In this document: in pieces, positions 50,967 to 62,947 of the stretch | How the letters are laid out: every line of letters begins with the position of its first letter | Position numbering within the stretch: position 1 is the stretch's first letter | NCBI GenBank assembly: GCA_045837725.1 | Contig: JBEWZL010000030.1 | Coordinates: 124,001 to 188,000 of the forward strand | Direction of reading: 5' to 3' | DNA length: 64,000 nt | Source: Vermamoeba vermiformis | Taxonomy: Eukaryota | The notes under the pieces: generated by a model | Told to the model about the DNA's origin: nothing | Database searches by the model: none | Seen by the model: only the letters and a program-made list of their open reading frames with translations | Position numbers and translations under genes: made by a program

Positions 50967-52659
50967 CTATTGTTGAGTGTCGGGGTTGCCTTGCGGTTGT
51001 TGGTTGATCAAGTTTTGCACATCCGGATTCTGCGCGAGATTTTGGGCACTAAATATAGCAGCACATCAGACACACAGCACAAGGGACCACTGCACCGAGC
51101 AGTACTTACATGTTCATGATCTGCGGATTGTTCATCATCTGTTGCATCATCATGTTCATCATGCCCGGATCGTTCATCATCTGCATCATTTGCGGGTTGT
51201 TCATCATTTGCTGAATGGCGGGATTGTTCAGCAGCCCTGCGAGACCACCGCCACCGCCCTGACCGAGATTCTGCGCAAAGTTCTGAAAGGCGTTTTGGAA
51301 GCCAGGGTTGTTGAACATGGCCCCGAGGTCTGGCATGCCACCAGCAGCAGGATTGGCCCCTCCCATATTAGGCATTGCTGGCATACCTCCCATGCTTCCC
51401 ATATTTGGCATGGGGCTGACATTTTGCTGTCAAAGGTGTCAGTACATGTCTCAGCGGTGACAAATTGACAGGTGTCATTACCAGCTCTCGGATCTTCGCT
51501 TCAGCAGCACTCAGCGACTCTTTCACGGCAGTGTTGCTCGGCTCAATCTCCAGCGCCTTCTTGTAGCCCTGCTCCACGGCCTCTTTGTACTTGCCCAGCG
51601 AGAAGTAGGCCAAGCTGCGCACAACACCGATGAGTGACTGAGTCGTGACAGGTGTGACATGTGACACGTACCCGAGTCTGCTGTAGGCCTTGACGTAGAG
51701 CGGATCAATCTTGATGGCCTGTTTGCAGTCCTCAATGGCCTTGACGTGCTGGCCAATGTGACTGTACGCCGCAGCTCTGTTCGAGTAGTAGATCGCATTC
51801 GTGTTGTTCAGCGCGATGGCCTGGCTGTAGCTGGCAATGGCCTCTTGATATTTCTTGTTGGCCAATCGCTCGTTGCCTGTCAGCGTCGTGTCAGTGCACC
51901 GAATGACACCTGTCAGTGCGTGACTCACCTTCAACTTTGTGTTGTTCCGCTAATTTCAAGCGCTCTTCATCTGACAGCGCAGGTGTCGTGTTGACAGGTG
52001 TTGCTGTCGCTGTGTTGACAGGTGTCACACTCTGACTCGCATTTTCTTGTGGATTTTCCTGTGCATAACGCGCTGCAAATCGCTTCTTGGCATTCTCGAC
52101 GCGCTCCTGATATGCAGGTGTGTTCTCTTCGACGCCGTTGAAATAACCACGTGATCGAATGAGCTCTAAATAGGCACGGAATTTTTCTTCGAGATTGGGA
52201 TCTGATCGGATCCACATTAACACTATTCAATAACTGGCTAATTAACTTACCATTAAATCCGTACTCTTGTCTCTTAGGTGCAGGTACTTGCGGTGCTTGT
52301 TCAGCCTTATTCTTTAAAACAAATTGCAAATTAGAATAATTACAAATATATTTCCATAGTCATGGTACTGCACGTACTAAGTGGCCAATCGCCTGCTCTA
52401 ATTGTTCTTTGCGTGCCAAGCCAAGACCAAAAATATTCGTCAGCGACATGGGTTTAATAGAGTACTTCTGAACGTGCTCGGGATTCGCCAACGACAGACC
52501 GCTAACATGGCTCAACAAGTCCTCTGCGATAGAGATATTGTCGACTTGAAAGCCTAATTGCAGGGCCAGATCACCCTCGCCGAGTGAATGCAAGTACTCG
52601 ACAATCGCAAACAAGAGGCGCTTGTGTGTTTCAACGTCCGCGGGTTGATTGTTCTCCAT
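50967..52659 (-). CDS. SGTA: SGTA/Sgt2 TPR co-chaperone
   Basis: N-terminal KRLLFAIVEYL; TPRs AEQHKVEGNE...YYSNRAAAYS...YVKAYSRLG; C-terminal M/N/Q-rich STI1-like region. Confidence 0.88.
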
Positions 52660-52850
52660 ATTGCCTGTGGTGTTACTACTACAATAGGCCAGGTGTGTGT
52701 CTGGGACCACGCGTAACTACAACGTCGTTGCTGTTCAGTGTGACGTCACCGTGAAAATTGGTTTGCCGCTCAATCAATTCAAATATTGTCAACGAGCACA
52801 CCACAGCACTAGTCCTGACCACTAACTCAATAGACACTGTTCATATCAAT

Positions 52851-53569
52851 ATGGAGAACAATGATTATTTCAGGACTTATCGCCTGTTAATTGAATAGTA
52901 AGCGAGTGTTCAACGGCTAGATGGATGAGTAATTAAGTGCCAGCTTATTAATTGATTGAACAGCAAGCAACTCTTGCAGGCACCGATTGACGGTACATAT
53001 ATATTGCCCTCTATACATCCCACGCATGGTAAGTGCTGTGCTCATTCAGCAGCCACATCTCACATCTGCGCAGTGCTGCACGGTGTGCTCTCAGTGCGCG
53101 AGGGACTCTATCAGGGCCTGCACAGCTTCACTGTCACCTTGCCACCGCTCTATCCTGCACATGAGCCGCAGCTCTCCCTGGCCTGTGCAGTGCCACATCC
53201 GCTGATTGGCAGCGATGGTCGTGTCAGCACTACGAGTCAATGCACTTCACTGCGCGCATGTTTAGAGCATCTGCAGCACATTATGCACGTGACTGATCTC
53301 GCGGCACTCTGTCGCACTAGTCTCGCGCCGATTGTTAATCCAGCAGCGCACGACTTGTAAGACACATCCGGCTCTAATGCACTCTATTAACTGATCTTGC
53401 ATCTAGATGGCTCCACAATAAGATCAAATTCCGAGAACAACTCGCGCTCGCACTGCACTCTGCTTCTCTACACCTGCAACAAGCGGATCTGACTCTGTTT
53501 CATCCTGCCAGTGCCCCCGTCTCAGATGATACGTTAGCGCAGTTTCGACGTGATCTGCTCGCTATGTAA
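52851..53569 (+). CDS. AKTIP/FTS-like UBC-variant protein
   Basis: YRLLIEYKQLLQAPIDGTYILPS...LHGVLSVREGLYQG...FTVTLPPLYP...HPLIGSDG resembles AKTIP. 4 exons. Confidence 0.7.
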
Positions 53570-53731
53570 TATACCACCACGCACCATGTACATACCAAGT
53601 CCTATTTATGTTGATAAAAGCATTAAAATTTAACGCGTTGTGATTTGAATCATATTCGCGTGCCAGTTGGTATTGAATAGCACGAGAGGCACTGTTAGTA
53701 ACTTGAATGCTCTGCTAGTCGTATTGTCATT

Positions 53732-56700
53732 ATGAGCAGTCCTGAAGATCACGAGACCCACCACGACGAAGAAGGTGAATATTACAATCCGCCAGATCCA
53801 GTGCTGCGTGTTGCGCGTCGATTGTACGGTCGATTACTCAAAAGCGGCGAAGTCATACGCGAAGAGGGCTTTGTATCGCGCACTAGTCTCATGAAGCACT
53901 TGCATCAGCTCGGCGTGGTAGGGAATTGAAACAGATCGGCTTTACAAACTTTCGTGTTTTTTAAATTATAAGAATAGTTTACTGCGACTAATAGGAAAAC
54001 ATTTTGATATCAGTTGTAATTATCAATGCGTGTTTAATTCTTTTAAAATAGAAAATTTCCAAAGAAGAGTTGGATGCAGCGATAGCGAGTCAGAGTGTTG
54101 AAGAAGAAGAGCCGGGAGGACGTGTCGACATTGAAGAATTTCAGCAGCGATGTGTACCATTGCTATGCGAGCTCGATAAGAATGTTTCAGAACCAGATTC
54201 ACCGAGCCCACATCCCGCGTCACCTCAAGTCCAAACACCCGCACAAATGGACGCTAATCCCGAGGTACATGTATACACATTGCACGTATTAACAGTACTA
54301 ATCGCACCACAGCTGCGCACACTCGCTCAGTTGATGACTGCAGTCGGGATCGAAGGAGCGCACGAGAACAGTCCCGAAGTGGCAGCAGTGGCACGTGCAC
54401 TGCGCGATCTGACCAGCCCTAAAAATAGAAGTCCATTCCGTCCTCTGCCGCCACGTCTCGCGCAAGTGCTGAATGGTCACAGCGACAGCGAGCACGTGAT
54501 TGAAGACCACGTGACCGAGTCGAGCGATCACGTGCTGGAGAGTGACAGCGAGCACGACGTGAATGCGCTCAAAGACAAGTTGAAGCGCGTCAAAGACGAG
54601 AATCACGTGCTCACCCTCGTAAGTGCGCGGTACTTGCCTGATGTAGCCCCACTCACCGATCGATCGCGCAGAAAGTGAACATGCTGGAGAGTCGCGTGAG
54701 TCAACAGGAGCAGCAGCACGACGAGGTGGTGCGTCAACAGCGCGAGAGCAGCGAGGAGATTGAGCGACTGAAGAAAGTGAGCAAGCACAAGCAAGAGCTC
54801 GAGCACGACAAGCACCTCTTGATCGAACAGGTCGAGGCCCTCAAAGCGGAGCTGTTGAGCAGCAGCGAGGTGATCAAAGAGCTCAAGCGCAAGGAGGGCG
54901 AGTGGAGCACTGAGAAGGATGACATGCGCAGTGAGTAGCGGTGTGCTGGCACTCTGCCACATGAGGTACTAACGCGTTAGTTGTGCCCCCAGACGACATC
55001 TTCACCAAGATGAAGGAGTTGAATGACATGCAGGACGAGCTCACGCAGCTGCGGCAACACGCCAGCAAGAGTCAAGAGCTCACGCAGCACAATCAGTCGC
55101 AGCTCAAGGTACGTCATATACTCATGCATACCTGGCACTTCGACACTCACCAAGTCACGTGACAGTCGCTGGAGCAGGAGCAGCGTCAAGAGATTGAACG
55201 ACTGACACAAGAGCGCGATGAACTCGCCCTCAAGCTGAGTGTGCTGAGCGACGAGAAGCGCGAGATGGAAGTGCACGTGGAGGAGATGACGCGTCAATTG
55301 GAACACGTCAAACTCGATCTCAAGCACCTGCAGGAAGAGTATCCTAAATAGACCTGTGTTGGGCACTCATTTATCCCCCATATTAAAATCTCTGTAATTA
55401 ATTTCCTTAACGCTCTTGTCTCATTAGAAAGTTAATGACGAGCAGCACCATGTCTGACAGCGTGAGTATACTTTGTTGTACCATTCATCACGTGACACCG
55501 ATTGACATGTCCCACGACAGGTGTCACTGCAAGCAGAGCTGAAGATGGAAGAAGAGAAGAGCACACTGCGCGCACAACTCGCGGAGCGTGAGAGTGAATT
55601 GACCGCGCTCAAACAACAGCTCAGCGCACTCGACACGACCACGCAACAACTCCACGCACTGCAGCAACAGCACCACTCGCTGCTCGCTGCACACGAGTCA
55701 CTGCAACAGAGTCGCGCGCAGGATGAGAGTGCACGCGTCACTGAGCTGAGCGCTGAAGTGGCGCGCTTGAGCACGGAGCTGCAGAGCTTGCAGACACGCA
55801 GCCAGGCCCGCGAAGGGGAGCTGAGTGCGCAATTGACACTGCGCGAGCAGAGCTTGCAAGAACAGCTCACTGCACGCACTGACGAACTCGCACGTGCTAA
55901 CGAAGAGTTGACACGTGTCAAAGAGAGTGTTGCACAGCTCGCGCAAACACGTGCTGAGCTCACGAGTGCCCAAGAAGAGTTGCAATCACTGCGCGATCAG
56001 CTGCGTGCGAGCGAAGACAAGGCGCGTGAATCGAGTGCACAGTCCGCACGTGAGTTGGAACAGTTGCGCGCGTCACTGGCCGACAAAGAGCGCCAGTTGA
56101 GCGAGCAGAACAGTGTGCTCAGTGCGCGCGATCACAGCATTGAAGAGCTGCAGCGTGCACTCGAACAGCAGCGCGCTCTGCAGGCAGGCGAGCACGACAG
56201 CGTGGTGACTGAGCTGCGTGCTGCTAACAGTGTCCTGCAACAGAAGATTGACGAGCTGACACAGCGCGCGAGTGATCAGACGCGTGTTATTGATGAACTG
56301 ACAGCGAACAACAAGTCATTGAATGACTCACAGTCTGCGCATGGCAAGCACGTGGATGAATTGAACGCACAGCTCAGCGAGACACGTGCGCAGTTAGAGC
56401 AGTTCAAATCAGACAACACTGCACTCACTCAACAGTTGGAGCAGTTCAAATCAGACAACAGCACCTTGCAGCACACCATTGAATCGCTGCGTCAGAGTGC
56501 GAGTGAACAGAGCCGTGCAGTGGATGAGCTGACGCAGACCAGTGCCGCACACCTCCAGACCATTGCAGAGCTGACGCAGAGCAAGACTGAACTGCACGCC
56601 AGTCTCACAGAACTGCAACAGCGTCAACTCACTGCCTCGCAACAGAGTGCTGAGACGAGCAGCGATCAGGAGCGCGCGATGACTGAACTGCGTGCCCGCG

Positions 56701-57563
56701 CTGAGGAACAGGAGCGTGTGATCAGCGAACTGCGACACACACTGAACGAGCAGACCAGTCTCGTGCAGGACAAGGACAAGATCATTCACGGTCAGAACAA
56801 GGAGATCAGCGCTAAGGACGAGGTGATCAGTGAGCTGCGTGCAGGCATGGATGAGCAGAGCCAGAGCATGGCAGACAAGGACAAGATCATTCACGGTCAG
56901 AACAAGGAGATCAGTGCCAAGGACGAGGTGATCAGTGCACGCAATGCTGTGATTGAAGAGCACGAGCGTGCGATCAGTGAGCTGCGCAGTCGTGTGAGTG
57001 AGCTGCAGTCCTCTGTCGTGCCCACCACCCCCGTGCCCACCACCCCCGTGCCCAGTGTCTCCAGTGCAGAGCTCGAGGCCCAGCACCAATCAGCCCTCGC
57101 ACTGCTCACCAGCGAACACAACGCACAGCTCGCACAGCTGCGTCAGAGTGCCGCACAAGAGTCGCAACAGCTGCGCACTGAGCGCGATGATCTGTTGCGC
57201 CAAGTGCAGGTGGAGAGCAGTGCGCACAACGAGACGCGTCGCACCGTGCAGCAGTTGAGCGAGGAGTTGAAGGGCCTGCAACAGCGCATCAAGAGTGCTG
57301 CCCTCAGCGAGGAGAGTGAGGAGCGGGCCATGCTCGCTCAAGCCCTCAAAGAAGAGCGCGATCGTGCGCGCGAGTTGGAGAGTGAACTGAAGCGGATGCG
57401 TGATCAGCGCGTGCAGGGTCGCGAACTGGACGACATTGAGCCGCGGAGACGACAACGCGACTTGACTGATGAGCGCGAGGCACTGCTGCAGCCGATTGAA
57501 GACTCGTCGAACACGTGTGCTCCTTGTTGCGCACCGAAAAACTCGGGGTGCAATGTCATGTAG
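53732..57563 (+). CDS. Long coiled-coil protein with C-terminal CaaX box
   Basis: Extensive E/Q/L heptads, ending CAPCCAPKNSGCNVM*. Exons join in frame. Confidence 0.8.
55339..55427 (+). other. U12-type GT-AG intron in the coiled-coil gene
   Basis: 5' splice site GTATCCTAA; branch TTTCCTTAAC ending 16 nt before the 3' end. Removal keeps the frame (QEE-KLMTSS). Confidence 0.82.
56769..56937 (+). repeat. Near-identical 64-bp direct repeat with 105-bp period in coding sequence
   Basis: DKDKIIHGQNKEISAKDEVIS is encoded at both 56769 and 56874. Confidence 0.9.
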
Positions 57564-57813
57564 CGGATGTACTTACGGGCGAGTGGATGTGTATAAAAGT
57601 GCAATTTTGTGTAGGTGTTTGTTTAATAACGAACTCGGTCATCTCGGGGCAGCTGATGCGTAGTACAAGTATGATTAGTATTACACGCGATCGGTCTCCC
57701 AGGGTCGCTTTATCAGGTCGTCTGATGAAATTTCCGTTCACTGAACGATCATTATCAGGCATTCAATAGATCTGAACACCACAACTGCTTAATACTATCA
57801 ACACTCAGTATTG

Positions 57814-58967
57814 ATGGCGAAACAGGTGCTGGATGCAGTTGACAGACTGGTATATTTAGATCAGCAATTCGTGCCCATGAATGCAGCGCACATATCCATA
57901 TTCGACTACGGCTTTAACTACGGCATGGGTGTGTATGATGTGGCGCGTGTAGAGCAAGGTAAATGGAACTAGTGGCCGTGAGCGCAAATTAACATCGACG
58001 CCCAGGACGGATCTATCAGCTCGAAGAACACATAGCGCGCCTTTTGACGAATGCTAGTAAATTGAATATGACGCCTGTCGAGAGTGCGGAACAGTTGATG
58101 CAGATCTCGCAGCGACTAGTGCTCGAGACAGTCGGACCTCACGCGCCCACCACTCCTGCTGCCATCGTGTACTATCAGATATCGCTTGGACATTACGGTA
58201 CGCGATGGGGTGTATATATATATATATTATATGCCGCTATGAGCACTCACGCGTCGACTAGGACGGCGCAGTCACCGCTATCCCGACACACTGACAGCGC
58301 GCACACTCATCTACACGCAACGCCTCACACCGCTCAGCGACACAGTCTATCGCACTGGACTGCGCGTGACACTGGTAACACGTGACTGCCGTGCTGGTGC
58401 GTGTTTGACACATTTGACAGGTGTCAGATGATCGCTGGGACCACTGCGACATGAAAACCACAGCGCTGTGCTCGAATGTGATGCACTTCAACACGTGTCT
58501 CGCGGAGGGATTTGATGTAAGGATCGCTCCATCTCTTGCCTAATTTAGTAACCAAATTATTGCAGGACTTCATCTACGTGAACATGAGCAGCGATCACGT
58601 GCTCGAATTGTCCTCGAGTAATCTGTTCATTGTCACCGCCAATCACGCACTCCGCACACCACCGCTCGGAAATCACGTGCTGCCAGGCATCACCCGCGCC
58701 ACGTTGCTAAAAATAGCCGCAGGTGCCGGGTACAGTGTCGAAGAGGCCGACATTAGCCGCACTGATCTGCTCTCAGCGCGCGAAGTGTTTGCCACAGCGA
58801 CGACGAAAGAGATCGTGCCAGTGCGCGCTGTTGGCGAGCAGTGTTTGACACCTGTCCCGGGACCTGTCACGCGTCAGTTGATGCTGTTGCTCGCACAGCA
58901 CTTGGAACACGCACTCGGCATCACTCATCCTCGCCGCACTCTGCTCGACGAGTTGAACCTGAGCTAA
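57814..58967 (+). CDS. D-amino-acid transaminase (fold IV PLP, bacterial Dat-like), intron-containing
   Basis: DYGFNYGMGVYDV, EHIARL, YYQISLG, RSHRYP, DDRWDHCDMKT, ELSSSN, LPGITR, ATTKEIVPV. Confidence 0.85.
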
Positions 58968-59132
58968 GTTGCACTTGCCTAATTTGTACTGGTGTACTAA
59001 TGTAAAATTTCTGTCGAATTTTGGCAACATTTCTGCCTGATTTGTTGGCCAAAAAAACTTTTCGTGCAATAATGTCTATCAATCTTTCTTTATCGTCCGC
59101 AGAATAGCCACACTTAATAGTATCTTGACCGA

Positions 59133-61063
59133 ATGGACAACACTCCTACGTAAGTTCTGCTAGTTACGACAGGCGGTATAATCGAAGTTCCCTTGTGATT
59201 TAATACTCCATGCAATAGGGAGTCACTGATTGATGTTCTCAATCCGCCACGCGATTCGCTGACTGTAACTGACAATAGAACTGGTCAGCAATACTGCATC
59301 CCGATCAGAAACAATGCGGTGATGGCGGTAGATGTCAAAAAAATTAAACAAGGCAGTGAAGACCCTGGCTTACTGTAAGTAGCGTCCAAATTTCCAACAA
59401 TTATTTCCAAAATAATTATCTTATGCTATTGCAATTAGGGTTTACGATCCAGGTTATATGAACACTGCGTGCTGCACGTCGTCTATCTGCGAGATTGACG
59501 GTGATAAGGGAATGCTTACGTATCGAGGCTACGATATTGAGGAATTAGTTGAGAAGTCGAGTTTTCTCGAGGTTGCTTTCTTGCTCATCTACGGTCGATT
59601 GCCAGAGCGCGAGACATTACAAGCGTGGGAGACTAAGGTTATGCGACATACATTCATACACGAGAACTTGGTGCAGCTGATGAAGAATTTCCGTTACGAT
59701 GCACATCCGATGGGCATGCTCATCAGCTCTGTTTCTGCCATGGCGACGTTCTACCCCGAGGCCAATCCAGCCCTGCAAGTAGGTTACTGCGAGTACTAGA
59801 CATTGCAACTAATACTGTGGCATTATTATTAGGGTCCCAATATCTACAAAGACGCACAAATGCGCAACAAACAAATATTCCGCATTCTCGGAAAGATTCC
59901 GACCATTGCAGCGTGTGCGTACCGACATCGCATTGGTCGTCCTTACAACAATCCAGTGAACGAGTAAGTCAGAGTTTGACAGGTGTCATTCAATCGACTG
60001 ACAGGACCCTCGCAGCCTGAGCTACACAGAGAACTTCTTGTACATGTTGGACAGACTGAGCGAGACTGATTACCGACCACACCCCGTGCTCGTCAAGAGG
60101 TAAGAGTCCAGCTGGCAATGTGCCACCTCTAACTCAATGACAGTTTAGAAAAGATGTGGATACTTCACGCCGAACACGAGCTCAACTGCAGCACTGCCAC
60201 CATGCGTCAATTGAGCTCCACACTGGTAGACCCCTACACTGCAGTGGCTGGTGCTGCTGCGGCGCTGTACGGTCCGCTGCACGGTGGAGCCAATGAAGCA
60301 GTGTTGCGCATGTTGGAGCAGATTGGAGATGTGAAGAACATCCCCGCATTCATTGACGAGGTCAAAGCCAAGAAGCGCAAGTTGTTCGGCTTTGGTCACC
60401 GCGTCTACAAGAACTACGACCCTCGCGCCACGATCATGAAGCAGATTGCACGCGACATCTTCGAGTTGCTGGGCACATCTCCGCTCTGGGAGATTGCACT
60501 GGTCCTCGAACAGACTGCTCTCAATGACGAGTACTTTGTGACGCGCAAGTTGTATCCCAATGTAGACTTTTATTCGGGCATTATTTACAATGCCATGGGC
60601 TTCCCGACTGACATGTTTCCTGGTACGTGGATGACACGTGTCACATGTTGCTGTTCACGAACTAACTTGTTGCCCGTCAGTCTTGTTCACCATCCCGCGA
60701 GTAGTAGGCTGGCTCGCACACTGGGTCGAGGGCCTGCAAGAAGAGACGCGTATCTTCCGTCCACGTCAGATCTACCTCGGTGACTGTGGTCTGCCCTTCA
60801 TGGATATTAATCAGCGACAACCCATCAACAAACAGGATGAGCTGCGCAGTTCTGCTTCAGCAATGGCTCGTCGTCGTCAAGTGAGCTCAGATGATCGTCG
60901 CGCACTGGTCAGTTCGCAGTCGAGTGTACCGGCCGTGGAACAACACACTGCGCAGTCTGCTCCCTCGCATGGCACCAGCGACACACTCGCGGACAACAAA
61001 CGTAGCAGCTCGTATTATCTGCCAAAGACCATCAAGTTTGGTGTGGGCAATTCGGACAAATAA
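59133..61063 (+). CDS. Citrate synthase (bacterial/glyoxysomal-type)
   Basis: [55 protein letters not shown] and YPNVDFYSG. Confidence 0.95.
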
Positions 61064-61173
61064 CGATACTGTAAATGGGTCTGTAATATATAACTCATTA
61101 TCCAACACTCTGCTGTTTGTTGCGTCATTCTCGGAATTGTTATTGCGCGTGTTAATTCAAAAGTGTAGACCAC

Positions 61174-62652
61174 ATGTCAGCCCTGTTTGAATTCGTGGGG
61201 GAAAAAGACGATGAACCACCATTAGATGTGCTAATAGTTGACCAACACAAATCGCGAGATTTACAGTGCTGCATCTGCTTGAACATCTTGTCGCAACCAA
61301 GGCAATGCAAAAACGGACATTTATTTTGCCTAGAGTGCGCCAGAAAATGTATAGAAAGGAATCCACAGTGCCCTCAATGTAGATGTAATTTAACAGAGGA
61401 AGGCTTGTCGAGATCTTTGTTTGTCGAGAAGCATCTTCGTTCCGCGGAAGTATGGTGTCGCTACCATTTTGCTAAAGTGAAAAAAACAATTTCAGGAAAT
61501 ACTATAGTCGATAATGCGAATGGAGCACCAGGCTCTTTGCCTGCGTACGAGCTGATCGACTGGGAGGAAGATCTAGAAGGCTGCAAAGAAGTTTTGACGC
61601 TTGCTACAAAGTAGGTGCTCTGCTTTAATATTTCATCTCTTATTAATTCAGCAAGGATTAATTTGGGTGAATTCAATTTCAAAAGTCTGACTTTGAATGC
61701 AGAGAGAGGCACGAACTGACCTGTCCTTATGGCTGGGTTAAGTGTCCCTATGCCTTGCATTGTGGACCACAGCGCCGCTCACAACTCGATGCACATGCAG
61801 AGCACTGTCCCTGGCGACCCCTGGAGTGTCCACACTGCGCACTCGATGTGGCAGCTTGTCAACTCAGCACCCACGTGACTAATTGTCCGCGCAGACCAAT
61901 CTCGTGCGATCAATGCGGCACTTCACTGCTGCGCGCTGATGAAACGCAACACTTGGCCCGTGACTGCCCTCGCGCTCTCATCAAGTGCGAGTTTGGCTGT
62001 GCAGAACAAATAGAGCGTCATCACCTCGCAGAACACTTGCGCGACAACGTCACAGATCACATGTTGTTGCTCAAGAAGTCCATGGAGAAGCAGCTGATTG
62101 ATTTGCGCGAGACCTTTGACACGCAACTCAAGCTGCGCGATGATAAAATTCGACACTTGGAGCGGGCCTTGCGTGCTCAAGGTAAGTCTTAATGACCCTA
62201 ACAACCTCGGTGCTAATGCAATGGCAGACACAAAGGTCGTGTGGGAGATAGAAGACTGGCCCAATGCGCGACGCAAGAGCTATCTGCAAAGCAAGAAATT
62301 CACAATGGCCGATTTGACATGGTTCTTGGGCTGTTATCCGAATGGCGATGATGAAGAGACGCGAGGATTTGTATCATTTTATCTGTTCCTGGACTTGCAA
62401 TCAAGAACCTTACCGATCGGCAAACTTGTCAGCGTAGAATATCAGGTAACCTTCGTGAACCAGCGCAATGTGAAAGAATCTGTCAGAAAAGAGTTCTTCA
62501 CAACATTTCCGATCAAAGGAGGACAAGGCTGGGGCGACAGGAAAATATTGAAGCAGAATCTAGTCACTCAGGAATCTGGATTGCTCAACGCGCAAAATTC
62601 TCTCCGCATAGAAACTGATTTAACAATTTCTAAAGTGTTCTGGACCTTGTAA
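61174..62652 (+). CDS. TRAF-family protein (RING, zf-TRAF, coiled coil, MATH)
   Basis: CCICLNIL...CKNGHLFCLEC...CPQCR RING; HxxxCPxRPxxC repeats; MATH domain WFLGCYPNG...GWG. Confidence 0.92.
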
Positions 62653-62947
62653 ATTGTATATTGTAAATAAAGTGTTCAGCCGTGACTGGATTTAGCAAAC
62701 TTTCATCCGTAGATCCCAATTCATTTATGCAAGAAAATAGATTGTATGTTCTCAATACTGGCACAAGTAGTATCGTCGATCAAAGTAAAAGGCTGTACAG
62801 AAATCGCGAAATGAACTGACCGATGGTCAGACCTTTTTTTTTCGGGCCAAATTTTTTCTACAGAACGTGTCCGAAGGATTTTTCAAAACCGACTTTTGGG
62901 TCATCTTTATCGTGTCCCTCACGCAAGATCAACCATAAAAAAACAAA

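Noticed and set aside
455-53569. Apparent clustering of endolysosomal trafficking genes (OSBP, BEACH, VIPAS39, dynein LIC, AKTIP)
   Set aside because: They are interspersed with unrelated housekeeping genes; no evidence beyond chance.
57660-57750. ATGATTA...CTGA motifs in the intergenic spacer
   Set aside because: No terminal stem or recognisable guide; probably promoter or UTR sequence.
20753-58122. Recurrent ACTAGT hexamer
   Set aside because: About a dozen seen, not above rough random expectation for a 6-mer in 64 kb.
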